Shown: positions 10,810 to 23,006, counted from the first letter of the stretch. The stretch is DNA of 64,000 nt from Somniosus microcephalus (GCA_052327205.1 CM126209.1:258230001-258294000); one strand, 5' to 3'. Numbers and translations are program-made. The notes: a model not told the origin generated them from the letters alone.

Positions 10810-13262
10810 CTCACTATGTGCAGAATTCTCAGAAATTGAGAATGATGCTATTCCTCCATTTGCAATGCTTTCACTCTTGGCGTGATTCTTCCCTGTCGAC
10901 GAACTGCACGTGTTGGGGAACAAGAAGTCTCCCTTCATCGAACGTGACGTTGAACATGTCTCATAGCGGAAACTTTGGGAAAGCGGATTGCCTCCAAATA
11001 CTTCAACATAGTTGGGAGGGATCCGAAGGTTCCAGCTGGCTTTCTGAATTCCATTCAGTGAATGCCTTGATTCAAAGCAGCCACACGGACCCAAAGCACA
11101 GTTGTGGCCGCCAAAGGCATTTCTGCTTTTATGAACTTTAACAGCTAGAATGATTAAAACCACCAGAAAAATGGACGAGATTATTCCTAAAGATATAACT
11201 AAGTAAAGGCTTGTATCAGAAGCGAAGTCAGGGTTTTCAGACAAACTGTTTCTGTCGGACAGCATTTCTGCATCGCCCTCTATCACTGACAATGTGATAG
11301 TCACTGTAGCGGAAAGTGCCGGTGCTCCATGGTCATTTACCAGGATGACCAACCTCTGCTTGGTTGCATCTGTCTTTGCAATACCACGGGTTGTCCATAT
11401 TTCGCCTGTATCCAGTGAAATGGTAAAAAGTCCCGAGTTAGTAGCATGGAGGATCCAGTAAGAGAGGCGAGCATTTTGTCAGAGTCGGCATCAGTGGCTG
11501 TCACCTTGGCCACCAGATAACCTGGTTCCGCGAACCGCAATACCGTCTCTGTCATTGTTGTCCCATGCTCGATTAATGGATGCACGATCACTGGGGCATT
11601 ATCATTCTGGTCAAGGATAATGATGTCCACGGCAACGTTGCTAGCGAGTGGTGGGACTCCAAGATCATGTGCCTGAACTTGGATCCGAAAGTTTTTTAAT
11701 TGTTCATAGTCAAAAGATCTATAGGAACATATAATGCCATTCTCTGAATTAATATAGATGTAATTGCTTACTGATTCACCCTGAACCTGACTGTCCAGGA
11801 TAGCACAGGATAGCCGAGCATTCTTGTCAATGTCCGCATCAACTGCTGTCACTGAGAAAATGGAGGCACCAATATTATTGTTCTCCATCACGAATGCTGT
11901 AAGGACAGGTTGCGGAAATTGTAGTGCGTTGTCATTTCTGTCTGAAACCTCAACCAGGATGGTTTGGTGGCTGTGAGAGGCGGGGTTCCTCCATCACTGC
12001 AGGTGACAGTAACATCATATGTGGAGGCGTGTTCGCAGTCCAGCAGGTCATGTGTGAGCAATCGTAAGTACTTCTTGGAGGACGAGTCCAACGTGAAAGG
12101 AAGATTATGTCCGATTTGACATTGCAGCTGCCCATTTTCACCGGAATCTCTGTCTGATGCACTGATCAGAGCCACGACAGACCCAGGCAGCAAGTCTTCA
12201 GGCACTGGGCTAGATAACGAAGTCAGTGTCACCTCAGGTGCATTAACATTTACATCAATAATGTTCAATAAAACGTGACAGTACACTGGGTTGGCGTTGG
12301 GTCCCTTGTCCTTTGCTTGTATAATAATCTCAAAACAATATTATCCTCATAGTCCAAATTCGCTTTAACTCTTATTTCACAACTTTTGGAATCCAAACTA
12401 AACAGTTCACAGACTCTAGCAGATGTATGGCTACTGAAATAATACACAATCTCTCTATTCGAACCATCATCCAAATCAGTGGCATTTACCTGCAGTACCA
12501 TGGTCCCTTTGGTCACGTTTTCAGGTAGGTCAAACCTGTAAACTGATTGAGGGAAAACCGGCGCGTTGTCATTGGCATCTTCCAGTACGATGTTGATCTG
12601 AGCAGTGCCAGACCTTTTGGGGACCCTGCCATCTTTGGCCAATAACAGTAATCGGTGGGTCGATTGCTTCTCTCTGTCCAGAGGCTTTTCCAGCCCTAAC
12701 ACTGGCAACTTCCCATCTCTAATACCCGCCTCAACATTAAGCACGAAGTATTCATTTGCAACCAGCTGGTAGGTTTGCACGGAGTTGGTCTCAACATCCG
12801 GATCGTGCATGCACTCGAAGGTGAAGCGGGCTCCCAGCGCAGCAAACTCAGAGATTTCAAGGCAGTACTGGCTCTTTGGAAAACTGGGTGCATTGTCATT
12901 TATATCCAGAATATCCACTTCGATTTGGTACAGGTTAAGAGGATTTTCAAGCACGGCCTCCAAAGACAAGATGCAAGTGAGGCTCGGCCCACAGAGCTCT
13001 TCTAGGTCAATTTTTTCCTTCACGAACAGAATCCCATTGTCGAAATTTACTTCCAAATACTGCTTTTTTGGACCTGACACAAGCCAAAAATTCCGAGCCG
13101 AGAGCTGCTTTACATTTAATCCCAAATCGTCCGCAATGTTCCCAATAAAGGCGCCCAGTTGGGAATCGAATAACGAATCTCTCCTGAAAGTAGTTTCCAG
13201 GAGATAAACATGCAATATAGCAGTTCCCATTTAAAAAAACAAAATATGTTATAACATCTCAT
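10810..13262 (-). pseudogene. Clustered protocadherin variable exon V4, pseudogene
   Basis: Full-length homology broken into four ORFs. A 10-nt deletion near 13161 removes the EEL codons, and 1-nt deletions occur near 12333, 11964 and 11478. Ca-binding motifs are altered (DRE to DLE/DCE, DVNDN to DVNVN). ATG at 13262 and donor at 10810/10809 are retained. Confidence 0.88.
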
Positions 13263-13480
13263 TGCCAGTGTTAAACATTCCAATTGCTTCAGCGCGGCTC
13301 CATGGCGTTCGGTTTAACCTTAGATTAAAATTATTGACGCCTAATTTCTTCACCAGAAAGGCTGCAGTATAGAAAAATACCTTTGCCTTTTAAGAAATCG
13401 TCGAGATTGTTTCAGAAAAGTCTCTGTTTTGTGGCTAAAATCCCCAATAGATGCAACCGCAAAAGCTGCTGCTACCCTGC

Positions 13481-13677
13481 ATAGCTCACTATTCCAATTT
13501 CACATTGTTTCGGGTCGTATGTGATGGTGGATGGGAAGGGAAGGGGCAGTCAGGATCTCCAGTCACATACCAGCTTCTGATTGGCGAACCCATGTTCAGC
13601 CAATCAGAATACTGTTCATTTCTTAAAGCTAGCATATCCTGCTAAAGCGTTATTATTTGCATTTATTGTTGTGCAAC
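13481..13677 (-). promoter_or_regulatory. V4 (pseudogene) promoter module, degenerate
   Basis: Same block order as the other promoters. CSE-like part eroded (TCACTAT for TCGCTAT; TTCACATTG for TTACACTG). ATTGG 13580-13584 and CCAAT 13600-13604 are intact. Confidence 0.6.
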
Positions 13678-13899
13678 CAAAAATGTAAATAACTTTTTTT
13701 TAATGTTTTGAATTTTTTTTTCTCTCTGCAAAACTATTTTTATAGAGCTGCTTTCCAATGATATCTTAAAAGTCACCCTGTTCATAGACTGAGGTAAGAA
13801 ACACATTTTCTAAGGTACTTAATTTTTGAGACACCGAGGGCACTCAGCTAAACCCCAATCTCTCTGATGTTATTGTTCGCTAAATAGATTTAATTGACA

Positions 13900-14290
13900 A
13901 AAATCTAGGCTGACACTCCAGTGCAGTACTGAAGGAGTGCTGCACAGTTGGAGGTGCCGTCTTTCAGATGAGATGTTAAACCGAGGCCTCGTCTGCTCTC
14001 TCAGGTGGATGTAAACAATCCCGTGGCACTATTTTGAAGAAGAGCAGATGAGTTAGCCCTGCTGTCCTAGGGCAATATTTATCCCTCAACCAACATCACT
14101 AAAAAAAACCCAGATTATCTGGTCTTTATCATGTTGCTTTTTGTGGGAGCTTGCTGTGCGCAAATTGGCTGCTGCGTTTCCTACATTACAACAGTGACTA
14201 CACTTCAGAATTACTTCATTGGCTGTAAACTACTTTGAGATGTCCGATGGTCGTGAAAGTTGTTATATAAATGCAAGTCTTTCTTTTCCT
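13900..14290 (+). mobile_element. Deu-domain SINE (AmnSINE1/SacSINE1-like), 5' truncated
   Basis: Contains GGTGCCGTCTTTCAGATGAGATGTTAAACCGAGG, recognised as the Deu-domain core, and an L2-type tail TATATAAATGCAAGTCTTTCTTT. A longer copy lies at 16172-16645. Confidence 0.7.
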
Positions 14291-14343
14291 TTTTAGTCTA
14301 CTCAATTATTATTTATAAATGGGCTGAGTTATCAGAAGATATT

Positions 14344-15087
14344 GGCCCAGAAATTCGGGTCTCCACAGGTGAGTACGCATGGGGTACTCACCCGTAAGCC
14401 CAATGGAAGTGCTGGTTTCATGCATGCACTGTGCATGCGCGGGAAACCAGAACTTCCGTTCCCTTAAAGGAAAGGGTTCAGAGGTCGAACGCGTACGCCG
14501 GAGAGGCAGCGCGTGCACATGGGACTTACATTTTTTTTGCAGGTTTCTCCGGGAGGGTAAGTCACATGTAAAAAGCAGTCGCAAGGCCTGCTTTTAACAA
14601 GGTAAGTGGTGAATTAATTAAAACATTTTTTCCACAGGTTTATTATTTTTAAATACTTTAAAGAAAGGTAAGTTTACTTTTAGCCCCGTTAGAAAATGTA
14701 ACTAATTTTTTCAAAAATTTAAATTATTGTTTAAAATAGTTATTTTATATAATTTATAGTTATTTTAAAAATGTGATGTTTAAAAAAAATATTTGAGGTT
14801 TTAGTGATGTTTTGGGGCTTATGGTATTTATAGGTTTGACAGCTCTTCCTGTCAAACTTATGAATGAAGCATTCCCTGCTACCACTGGCTCTCCATGGCC
14901 CACGTGATCCCAGGGGACGCATCATACTAACTGCACCCCTGGGATACGCAAGCACTGTACACCGGCCATTGGAGGAGGCCCAGGATCGGAATCCCACGTG
15001 GGCCCACAGCTCAACGGCTGGCATGCTAGTTAAGTGCAGGTCGGGGGCTTACACCCATGGGAAGCCCCCGACCAGAATTTCTGGGAC
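14344..15087. mobile_element. Non-autonomous TIR element (MITE), copy 2
   Basis: TIR GGCCCAGAAATTCGGGTC / GACCAGAATTTCTGGGAC with a 3-bp ATT direct repeat on both sides. Collinear with 5708-6453. Confidence 0.85.
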
Positions 15088-15574
15088 ATTGACTTGCAAT
15101 CCCCCCAGAAAAAAACCCCATTTCAGTCATTATAACAGTACATCTTCTTTACATTGAGAGATAAAATAGCAAAACTGACTATTGCTTGCATGATTAATAA
15201 CATTTTGATCAAAATTAAAATTCCCTCCAATTGTTTTGAGACAGAACAGAAACAAATATGATAAAACAATGATCCAAGGAAGCTCTCCAAATACAAAGAA
15301 CATGTAGTGTCACAATAACTGAAACGTACCTGTCCATCTGGATACTGGGCCATTTAATAAGATACACATTTGAGATTCTGGAGGGAAAGAACACATCACC
15401 GGTTTAGCACTAACTTTTTTTTAACATTTGAGACATGGATCCGAGTCCTGTCTAGACTGATAGCATGTGGAACCCTCACTGTTTGGGAACGACGTGCAAT
15501 CCGTTTAAGCAGAGTGAACCCAGTTCCTAATAGGTGCACTAATGGAGCTAAGGCTCATGCAACTTGGGAGAAAA

Positions 15575-15830
15575 CATCACAGAATCGTACAGCACAGAAG
15601 GAAGTAATTTGGCCCATTGTGCCTGTGCCGCCTATTTGAAAGAACTCTCCAGTTAGTCCCACTCCCCTGCTCTTTCCCCACAGCCCTGCAAATGATTCCT
15701 TTTCAAGTATATTTCCAATTCTTCTTTGAAATTCACTATCAAAACTGCTTCCACCACACTTTCAGGCACTGCATTCCAGATCATAACAACTCGCTGCATA
15801 AAAAAACTCATCTTCCCCCTGGTTCTTTTT
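15575..15830 (-). mobile_element. CR1 LINE 3'-end fragment
   Basis: ORF 15653..15835 FFMQRVVMIWNAVPESVVEA...FKEELEIYL...QGCGERAGEWD matches the CR1 ORF2 C-termini seen elsewhere in the window. Confidence 0.75.
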
Positions 15831-16171
15831 CCCAACTCCAGCTGTAGTGTACAGGTGGCTGTGCAATACCTAACGTAAGAGTACTTGATACTAACACTGA
15901 ATCGTTTAAATGGAACGTTGATCTAATCCCTAGCACTCAAGGCACTCAGAGGAAGTTAAGACATTTTAGGAACATAAAATGGCTACTTAACATAATAGGG
16001 TTGTTCATCTTCATATATCAACACCACCTACCGCTTTGTCACTATATCTTTCAATGTCTTCTCTTTATGCACTGTATTGCCTCTTGAATCTACTTTATTG
16101 TCCATCCACGCGGAAGTACACCCCCAATTCCTTTACCATTTGCCTGACTTTCTTTTTGACTTTCAACAAGT

Positions 16172-16645
16172 GTCAGCTGTGGCTCAGTTGGTAGCACTCT
16201 CGCCTCTGACCCAGGATATGGTGCCTTCATAGTCCCACTCCAGGGACCTGAGCACAAAAATATAGGCTGACACTCCAGCAGAGTACTAGAGGGAGTGCTG
16301 CACTGCCAGGGGTGCTGTCTTTCAGATGAGATGTTAAACCGAGGCCCTGTCTTTTCTTTCAGGTGGAAGTAAAAGACCTCATGGCACTATTTCAAAGAAG
16401 AGTAGGGGGGGTTATCCTCAGTGTCCTGGCCAATATTTATCCCTCAATCAACTTCACTAAAAAATATAGATTATCTGGTCAATATCACATTGCTATTTGT
16501 GGGAGCTTGCTGTGCAAAGATTCGCTGCCACATTTCCTTCATTACAACAGCTTCAAAAAGTACTTCATTGGCTGTAAAGCACATTGGGAAATTCGGTGGT
16601 CGTGAAAGGCGTTATACAAATGTAAGTCTGTCTTTCTTTTCTTTT
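16172..16645 (+). mobile_element. tRNA-headed Deu-domain SINE (SacSINE1-like), near full length
   Basis: A-box-like GTGGCTCAGTTGG head, Deu core GTCTTTCAGATGAGATGTTAAACCGAGG, and tail GTGAAAGGCGTTATACAAATGTAAGTC followed by (CTTT)n. Confidence 0.72.
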
Positions 16646-16653
16646 AACACTAA

Positions 16654-17357
16654 GGGCTAGATTTTCAGTATAGACAGTTTTGGGGCGCTAACCTTAGCGC
16701 CTGCCCGAAGTTAGCGCCCGCCCCAAAGTAGCGCTCCGTTGCCGGAAATTCAGTGGCTTCGCCCTAAGAGGTTGGTGGAGCGCTAAAAGAGGCGTTCCAC
16801 TACTATCTTTAGGCGCTAAGCCGGCGGTGCAGAGCGCAACACCCGAGCTCGGGCGCAGCGCACGGCAGACACTCTGGTGCCAGTGAGCTCTTAAAGGGGA
16901 AGGGTGCATGTGTTTTTTTCAAAGGCAGAGTCTGGGGGGGAAAACAGGAGGAGGAGGAGGAGGAGGAGGAAACATAAATACACCATTCACAACACACTGG
17001 ATCCTTCCACACAACACATGCAGACTGCCGTTTATAGTGCAGGGGGAGTGCCCTTTAATTTGCGCTCCCCAGGGTGTGTTGCATTCCATTTTACAAACGC
17101 TCTGGATGCCAGCCGCACAATGGGGCGGTCCGACTGAAGTTTGGATTCGGGGCGGCTAAAGGGCGTTGCACGAGGATGTGACGTCATTTTCTGCGCGCGC
17201 ATCCGGGCGGCCGCTAAACTTTGCGCCGGCGCTAACGGGAAACTTAATTTGGGGCGGGGCGCAAACTGCGCTGCGCCCGGGCGCTACACGCATAGCGCCC
17301 GAAAATCACTTCTCTTAAGGCGCTAACTGCTGGCGCAAGCAACTGAAAATCTAGCCC
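16654..17357. mobile_element. PIF/Harbinger-type MITE (704 bp)
   Basis: Perfect 16-bp TIR GGGCTAGATTTTCAGT, TAA target duplication (16651-16653 and 17358-17360), many subterminal GCGCTA/TAGCGC repeats, internal (GGA)n. Confidence 0.9.
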
Positions 17358-18009
17358 TAAATTTTTAACATGACTGTCCTGGTATTTGAAGCTATCTTCA
17401 TAATAAACAATTTACCTGGATTATGTTTGTCAAGCTCCTTCACAATTGCGAAGACTTCAGTTAAATCAGCTCAAAATCCTTTTATTTCCAAAAGTAACGC
17501 GCTTAAGTTTATTAGCCTTTCCTTATAACTTCAACTCCCGTTGCCCCAAATCTTCTTGTATGATGACTCTGCACTATTCTAAAGGCAATAGTATCCTTCC
17601 TGTGATCAGGTGCCCACAACTACACACGGCGTTCCGGAGAGAATATAGCCAATACACTTTACGCACAATATTTTCCTTTCTAATATATTTCTCTGACTAT
17701 CCAACCCAATACGTTTTTGCATGGTTAAACTGAAGCTAAACACCAGACTGTCCGCTTATAGATTTTATTCATCATTACACCGAGATACTTTTTTCTGATC
17801 AGCACATTGTTCCACAGTTTCAATCAGCATGCACTCCTCTCATCATCTTTCTCCTATTACAATTATTTTACACTTATTAACATTGAACTGCACCTGCCAC
17901 CTGTAGCTTCAGTTAACAAAATATATTTCAATCCATCTGAATACATGCTATAATGCTGTTCGTTATTTGCCTTGCCTTCTATTTAGGCATCACGTGATCG
18001 CACATGCGC

Positions 18010-18319
18010 NNNNNNNNNNNNNNNNNNNNNNNNNNNNNNNNNNNNNNNNNNNNNNNNNNNNNNNNNNNNNNNNNNNNNNNNNNNNNNNNNNNNNNNNNNN
18101 NNNNNNNNNNNNNNNNNNNNNNNNNNNNNNNNNNNNNNNNNNNNNNNNNNNNNNNNNNNNNNNNNNNNNNNNNNNNNNNNNNNNNNNNNNNNNNNNNNNN
18201 NNNNNNNNNNNNNNNNNNNNNNNNNNNNNNNNNNNNNNNNNNNNNNNNNNNNNNNNNNNNNNNNNNNNNNNNNNNNNNNNNNNNNNNNNNNNNNNNNNNN
18301 NNNNNNNNNNNNNNNNNNN
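18010..18319. other. Assembly gap (310 N)
   Basis: Run of N that hides the start of the 5' LTR. Confidence 1.
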
Positions 18320-18509
18320 TTTAAGAGCAATTATGGTGTATGTGCCTTTAAGAGCCCCAGGTGTGCGTAATGCCGGTAATTGCCACTTGGGCTATATAAG
18401 CCTGTGTATTGTGTATATCCTTTAGAAACCCCCCCCCCCAGACTTGCTTAGTAAATACCTATGAACCAAGTCCTGTCTTCAGTGTCTTTATCTACACACG
18501 GACACTACA
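18320..18509 (+). repeat. 5' LTR (visible part, ends in CA)
   Basis: Matches 23036-23215. Contains TATATAA and ends ACACTACA just before the PBS. Confidence 0.9.
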
Positions 18510-18510
18510 G

Positions 18511-18519
18511 TGGCGACGA
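18511..18519 (+). promoter_or_regulatory. Primer-binding site
   Basis: TGGCGACGA one base after the LTR, complementary to a tRNA 3' end (recalled as tRNA-Ser(GCU), ...UCGUCGCCA). Confidence 0.75.
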
Positions 18520-18943
18520 AGTGGAAACGGACTTACCTGCAATTCGGCAGCACCTCAAGGACATCGATTCCTCCAGCGTCCAGAAGACTCAGGGAAGTAA
18601 GAGAAACTGTGGTTTCACCAGCTGGCCAAGCTGGTGACAGGTACTGCGCTAATCCTTCCTGGGCATCAGGCTGGAGCTCCAGCGGCGAGCTCTACAGCTG
18701 AGACAGGCAGCAAAATCGGAGGCAAGCAATAACGGACTGGGAGGGTGCACTCGAGAGACGGCTGGCGCGGCAAGCAGGTCAGCATTTAGACCTCCGTCGG
18801 GAACGAGTCTCCAACAGTGAATAAACTGAAACCACAGTAAAACAGTGTTGTTATCGGTAGCAGCGGCGGGAAAGCGCGGGAAGCGCCATATCGTTGCTAC
18901 AGAGAGAAAAAAAAAGCACGGGAAGCGCCATATCTTTTCTGAA

Positions 18944-21900
18944 ATGCCTAAATCTGGTAATATTGAGGCTTTTGATGGCGAAATAGAAGATTGGACCACA
19001 TACGTGGAAAGAGTAGAGGTTTATTGCACTGCAAATGGAATAACAGATGAAAAAAAAGCTTCAGTACTTCTGAACTTAATGGGCGTGAAGGCATACGGGC
19101 TGTTACGAAATTTAATCACTCCAGCCAAACCAAAGGACAAGACTTTTAAAGAAATTGTTGATACCCTGCAGGAGCATTTAAACCCAACACCGCTGCTGAT
19201 AGCGGAACGATTCAAGTTCTTCAAGAGAAATCAACACAAGAATGAAAGTAACGCTGATTACCTAACCGAATTAAGAAAGCAATCAATGTACTGCCAATTC
19301 GGAGCAGGACTATCGGATTATCTTCGAGACAAATTTGTTTGCGGTCTCTTAAGTGAAGGAACACAAAAAAGACTGCTTTCTGAAAAAGATTTAACATTGG
19401 ACAAAGCTTTCAGTGTGGCTGTATCATACGAAGCAGCAGCAAAAGGAGCTGCAGAGATACAACAAGAGACACAGGACTTCGGCACCCATAAAATGACACA
19501 GGAGTTCGGAAGATGTTATCGCTGCGGCAGATCCACCCATAACCAGAGGGACTGCTGGTTCAAGGGCAAAGCATGCAGGCAATGTGGTAAGATTGGACAC
19601 ATTGCACGGGTATGCCAATCTGGACAAAATAAATCCACTGACAGAAAACAAAAAATCAATAAAGAAAAGTACAGGAAGGTACAAATGATGACGGACAATA
19701 GCTCCGAAGACCAGAATAGCGATAGCGACTCCGGAAACAAGAGACTAAGCTGTCTCAAATTACATAATGTACTTGCCAAAGAGGATTACCAAACCATTTG
19801 GGTTACCCTCACAATAGCAGGGTCCCCAGTTAAAATGGAGCTAGATACAGGATCAGCTCTAACCGTAGTAAATCGACGAGATTACGAGAGGCTATTTTCG
19901 CATATACCTCTAAAAGACACATCCATTATCTTAAAAACATATACGGGGCAGAAAGTCTACCCCAAAGGAAAAATAAGGGTGCCTGTGGTATACAACGGCA
20001 AAGAAATACAAAAGTTGTATTTATACATTCTACAAGATGGTGGTCCACCGTTGTTGGGACGTGAATGGATAAGGAAGATACGTTTAGACTGGCACTCCAT
20101 TCAGGCACTGACGGTGACCAGTAAGAAAAAAAACAATGATGACATCATACCTGAACGATTAAAAGACATCTTGGCCAACGCCAAAGAAGTGTTTCAAGAG
20201 AAACTAGGAACCTTGAAAGGCATCACCGCCTCAATAAAAGTGGAAGATACAGCAATTCCAAATTTTTTTAAGGCAAGACCGGTGCCATACGCAATACGTC
20301 CGGCAGTCGAGGCAGAGCTGAAGAATTTGGAAAAGGCAGGCGTATTATCCAAAATAAATTGGAGCGAATGGGCAACACCCATCGTTCCAGTCATGAAAAA
20401 AACATTGAAAAATAACTCTGAGGAACAGAGAAAAATTCGCATCTGTGGAGACTTTAAGGTGACTGTAAACCCGGTCCTTCACACGGTACAGTATCCTCTT
20501 CCGAGGATAGAAGATATTTTCGCCTCACTATCCGGAGGGAAACGTTTCACAAAAATTGACTTGGCACAGGCATATCTACAGATGGAGGTTGAGGAGACCT
20601 CTAAAAAGTATCTCACAATAAACACACACAAAGGCCTGTACCAGTACAATCGACTGGTTTTTGGAATAGCATCAGCTCCAGCTATCTGGCAAAGAGCTAT
20701 GGAGCAAGTCCTGCAAGGGATTCCGGGGACTCAATGCTACCTAGACGACATCCTTATAACAGGAGAAAACGACAACGAGCACCTTGCCAATTTGGAGCAG
20801 GTGCTCACTAGGCTGAAAGAACGGGGCCTACGAGCAAATCGCCCCAAGTGCGAATTTTTCCAAAATCAGATATCATATTGTGGCCACATAATTAATAAGG
20901 AAGGGTTGCATAAGTCACCTGAAAAAATTGAAGCAGTTATAAAAGCCCCAGCACCTGAAAATGTTTCACAATTAAGGCCATTCCTGGGATTAATAAATTA
21001 CTATCATAAATTTTTACCGAACTTATCAACTATTCTACACCCTCTTAATGATCTTCTACAGACAGGAGTGATTTGGAAATGGAACGAAGACTGTAAACGT
21101 GCCTTCCATAAATGTAAAGACTTAATCACATCCGAGAAAATTTTGGCTCATTACAACCCATCACTACCAATCAGACTGGCGTGCGATGCATCCCCTTACG
21201 GCATAGGAGTGGTATTGTCCCATAGATTCCCTGATGGCTCGGAACGGCCGATAGCTTTTGCGTCACGCTCATTGAACTCAGCTGAGCGTAACTATGCCCA
21301 GATAGACAGGGAAGCACTCAGCCTGGTATGGGGAGTGAAGAAATTCAACCATTACCTACACGGACAAAAATTTACCTTGCTGACTGACCATCAACCCCTC
21401 ATCTCCATATTCAACCCTAAAAAAGGTGTCCCCATTATGACAGCACAAAGACTACAGAGGTGGTCCCTTTTTCTAGGGGCACACCAATACAACATTGAAT
21501 ACAAAGGGTCAAAACAGCATGGGAATGCTGATGGTTTATCACACCTACTGTTGCCAACGATAGAAGAGGCACCTACAGTAGACCCAGTAGAGATATTCCA
21601 CTCTACCATAGTGGAATGTCTACCGGTGACAAATTCTGCCATTGAAAGGGAGACAAGAAATGACCCTACTCTCTCACGGGTCTACGATTTAACAGTGAAG
21701 GGATGGCCAGCACATGGCGAACCACTGTTGCCAGCATTCTCGCAAAGAAGAGAACAGCTGTCAGTGTGCCGAGGAACCTTGATGTGTGGATCCAGAGTGG
21801 TGATTCCACCCAAACTCCAGGATAAAGTGCTAAAGGAGCTTCACGAGGGGCATCTGGGTGGAGTGAAAATGAAGAACCTAGCTAGGGCGTTTGTATGGTG

Positions 21901-22930
21901 GCCAGGTATCGATGGAGACATCGAAGACATGACCAAGAGCTGCCTAGGATGCCAGAAGGTCCAAAATGCTCTGCCACAGGCCCCTCTACATCCATGGGAG
22001 TGGCCCTCATCTCCCTGGCAAAGGGTGCACATCGACTTTGCTGGTCCATTTTTGGACTCAATGTTCTTAATCGCAGTTGATGCACACTCCAAGTGGCCGG
22101 AGGTAATAAAGATGTCCTCCACCACCACGGAAAAAACCATCACAGTATTAAGGACCATATTTGCCAGGAATGGGCTGCCGGAGCAGATATGTTCTGATAA
22201 TGGACCGCAATTTGTGTCCAAAGAATTCAGAAAGTTCTTAAAGAACAATGGGGTAAAGCACTACACGTCCGCCCCATACCATCCCGCCACCAATGGATTG
22301 GCTGAAAGGTTTGTCCAGACCTTCAAGAAGGCCATCAAGGCCATGGGTAATGAAGATATAAAACTTCAGCACAAGGTGGATAACTTCTTATTTGCATATA
22401 GGAATGCAACGCATATGGTTACTAACCAAACTCCCGCCATGATGTTCTACAATAGAAACCTAAGATGCCGGCTGGATTTGGTCAAGCCCAACATCCGAAG
22501 GGACGTGGAGAACCGGCAGTTTCAGGGCATGAATGAAAGGCCAACTAGGGCCTTCCAGATAGGCCAACCGGTTTTGGCCCGGGACTACCGTACCGAGAAA
22601 TGGCAGCCTGGAACTATCTGCACACGATTAGGACCACTGATGTATACTGTGGACATCGGAGACAGCATAATAAGGTGCCATGCTGACCAAATCATCAAGT
22701 CATCCGAAAAGGGACAACCTACACCACCACTCTATACATCTAACGATGAAGTAGAGATACCCATATCTACCTCCGATCCGGTGATACTGGAGCCCGATGA
22801 ACCCGACACTGGCCTTCAAGCCGAATCAGCCTTGCCAGAAGTACCTACTACACCACCAGAAACTACTACACCCCCGAGACGTTATCCGGACCGAGTCAGG
22901 AAGCCTCCTGAGAGGCTAACTTATAATTAA
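18944..22930 (+). CDS. Gag-Pol polyprotein (two CCHC knuckles, aspartic protease, RT, RNase H, integrase)
   Basis: First ATG 18944 within ORF 18845..22930. Motifs: CYRCGRSTHNQRDC, CRQCGKIGHIARVC, LDTGS, YLDD, CDASPYG, HEGH..CLGC, HIDFAG/SDNG/AERF. No stops or frameshifts. Confidence 0.95.
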   Translation: MPKSGNIEAFDGEIEDWTTYVERVEVYCTANGITDEKKASVLLNLMGVKAYGLLRNLITPAKPKDKTFKEIVDTLQEHLNPTPLLIAERFKFFKRNQHKNESNADYLTELRKQSMYCQFGAGLSDYLRDKFVCGLLSEGTQKRLLSEKDLTLDKAFSVAVSYEAAAKGAAEIQQETQDFGTHKMTQEFGRCYRCGRSTHNQRDCWFKGKACRQCGKIGHIARVCQSGQNKSTDRKQKINKEKYRKVQMMTDNSSEDQNSDSDSGNKRLSCLKLHNVLAKEDYQTIWVTLTIAGSPVKMELDTGSALTVVNRRDYERLFSHIPLKDTSIILKTYTGQKVYPKGKIRVPVVYNGKEIQKLYLYILQDGGPPLLGREWIRKIRLDWHSIQALTVTSKKKNNDDIIPERLKDILANAKEVFQEKLGTLKGITASIKVEDTAIPNFFKARPVPYAIRPAVEAELKNLEKAGVLSKINWSEWATPIVPVMKKTLKNNSEEQRKIRICGDFKVTVNPVLHTVQYPLPRIEDIFASLSGGKRFTKIDLAQAYLQMEVEETSKKYLTINTHKGLYQYNRLVFGIASAPAIWQRAMEQVLQGIPGTQCYLDDILITGENDNEHLANLEQVLTRLKERGLRANRPKCEFFQNQISYCGHIINKEGLHKSPEKIEAVIKAPAPENVSQLRPFLGLINYYHKFLPNLSTILHPLNDLLQTGVIWKWNEDCKRAFHKCKDLITSEKILAHYNPSLPIRLACDASPYGIGVVLSHRFPDGSERPIAFASRSLNSAERNYAQIDREALSLVWGVKKFNHYLHGQKFTLLTDHQPLISIFNPKKGVPIMTAQRLQRWSLFLGAHQYNIEYKGSKQHGNADGLSHLLLPTIEEAPTVDPVEIFHSTIVECLPVTNSAIERETRNDPTLSRVYDLTVKGWPAHGEPLLPAFSQRREQLSVCRGTLMCGSRVVIPPKLQDKVLKELHEGHLGGVKMKNLARAFVWWPGIDGDIEDMTKSCLGCQKVQNALPQAPLHPWEWPSSPWQRVHIDFAGPFLDSMFLIAVDAHSKWPEVIKMSSTTTEKTITVLRTIFARNGLPEQICSDNGPQFVSKEFRKFLKNNGVKHYTSAPYHPATNGLAERFVQTFKKAIKAMGNEDIKLQHKVDNFLFAYRNATHMVTNQTPAMMFYNRNLRCRLDLVKPNIRRDVENRQFQGMNERPTRAFQIGQPVLARDYRTEKWQPGTICTRLGPLMYTVDIGDSIIRCHADQIIKSSEKGQPTPPLYTSNDEVEIPISTSDPVILEPDEPDTGLQAESALPEVPTTPPETTTPPRRYPDRVRKPPERLTYN

Positions 22931-23006
22931 TTAATACAGCAATGTATATTATTTTGCATATAACAGGTAATTAATAATTACTTAAAATATGATGTACTAG
23001 TTAGCT

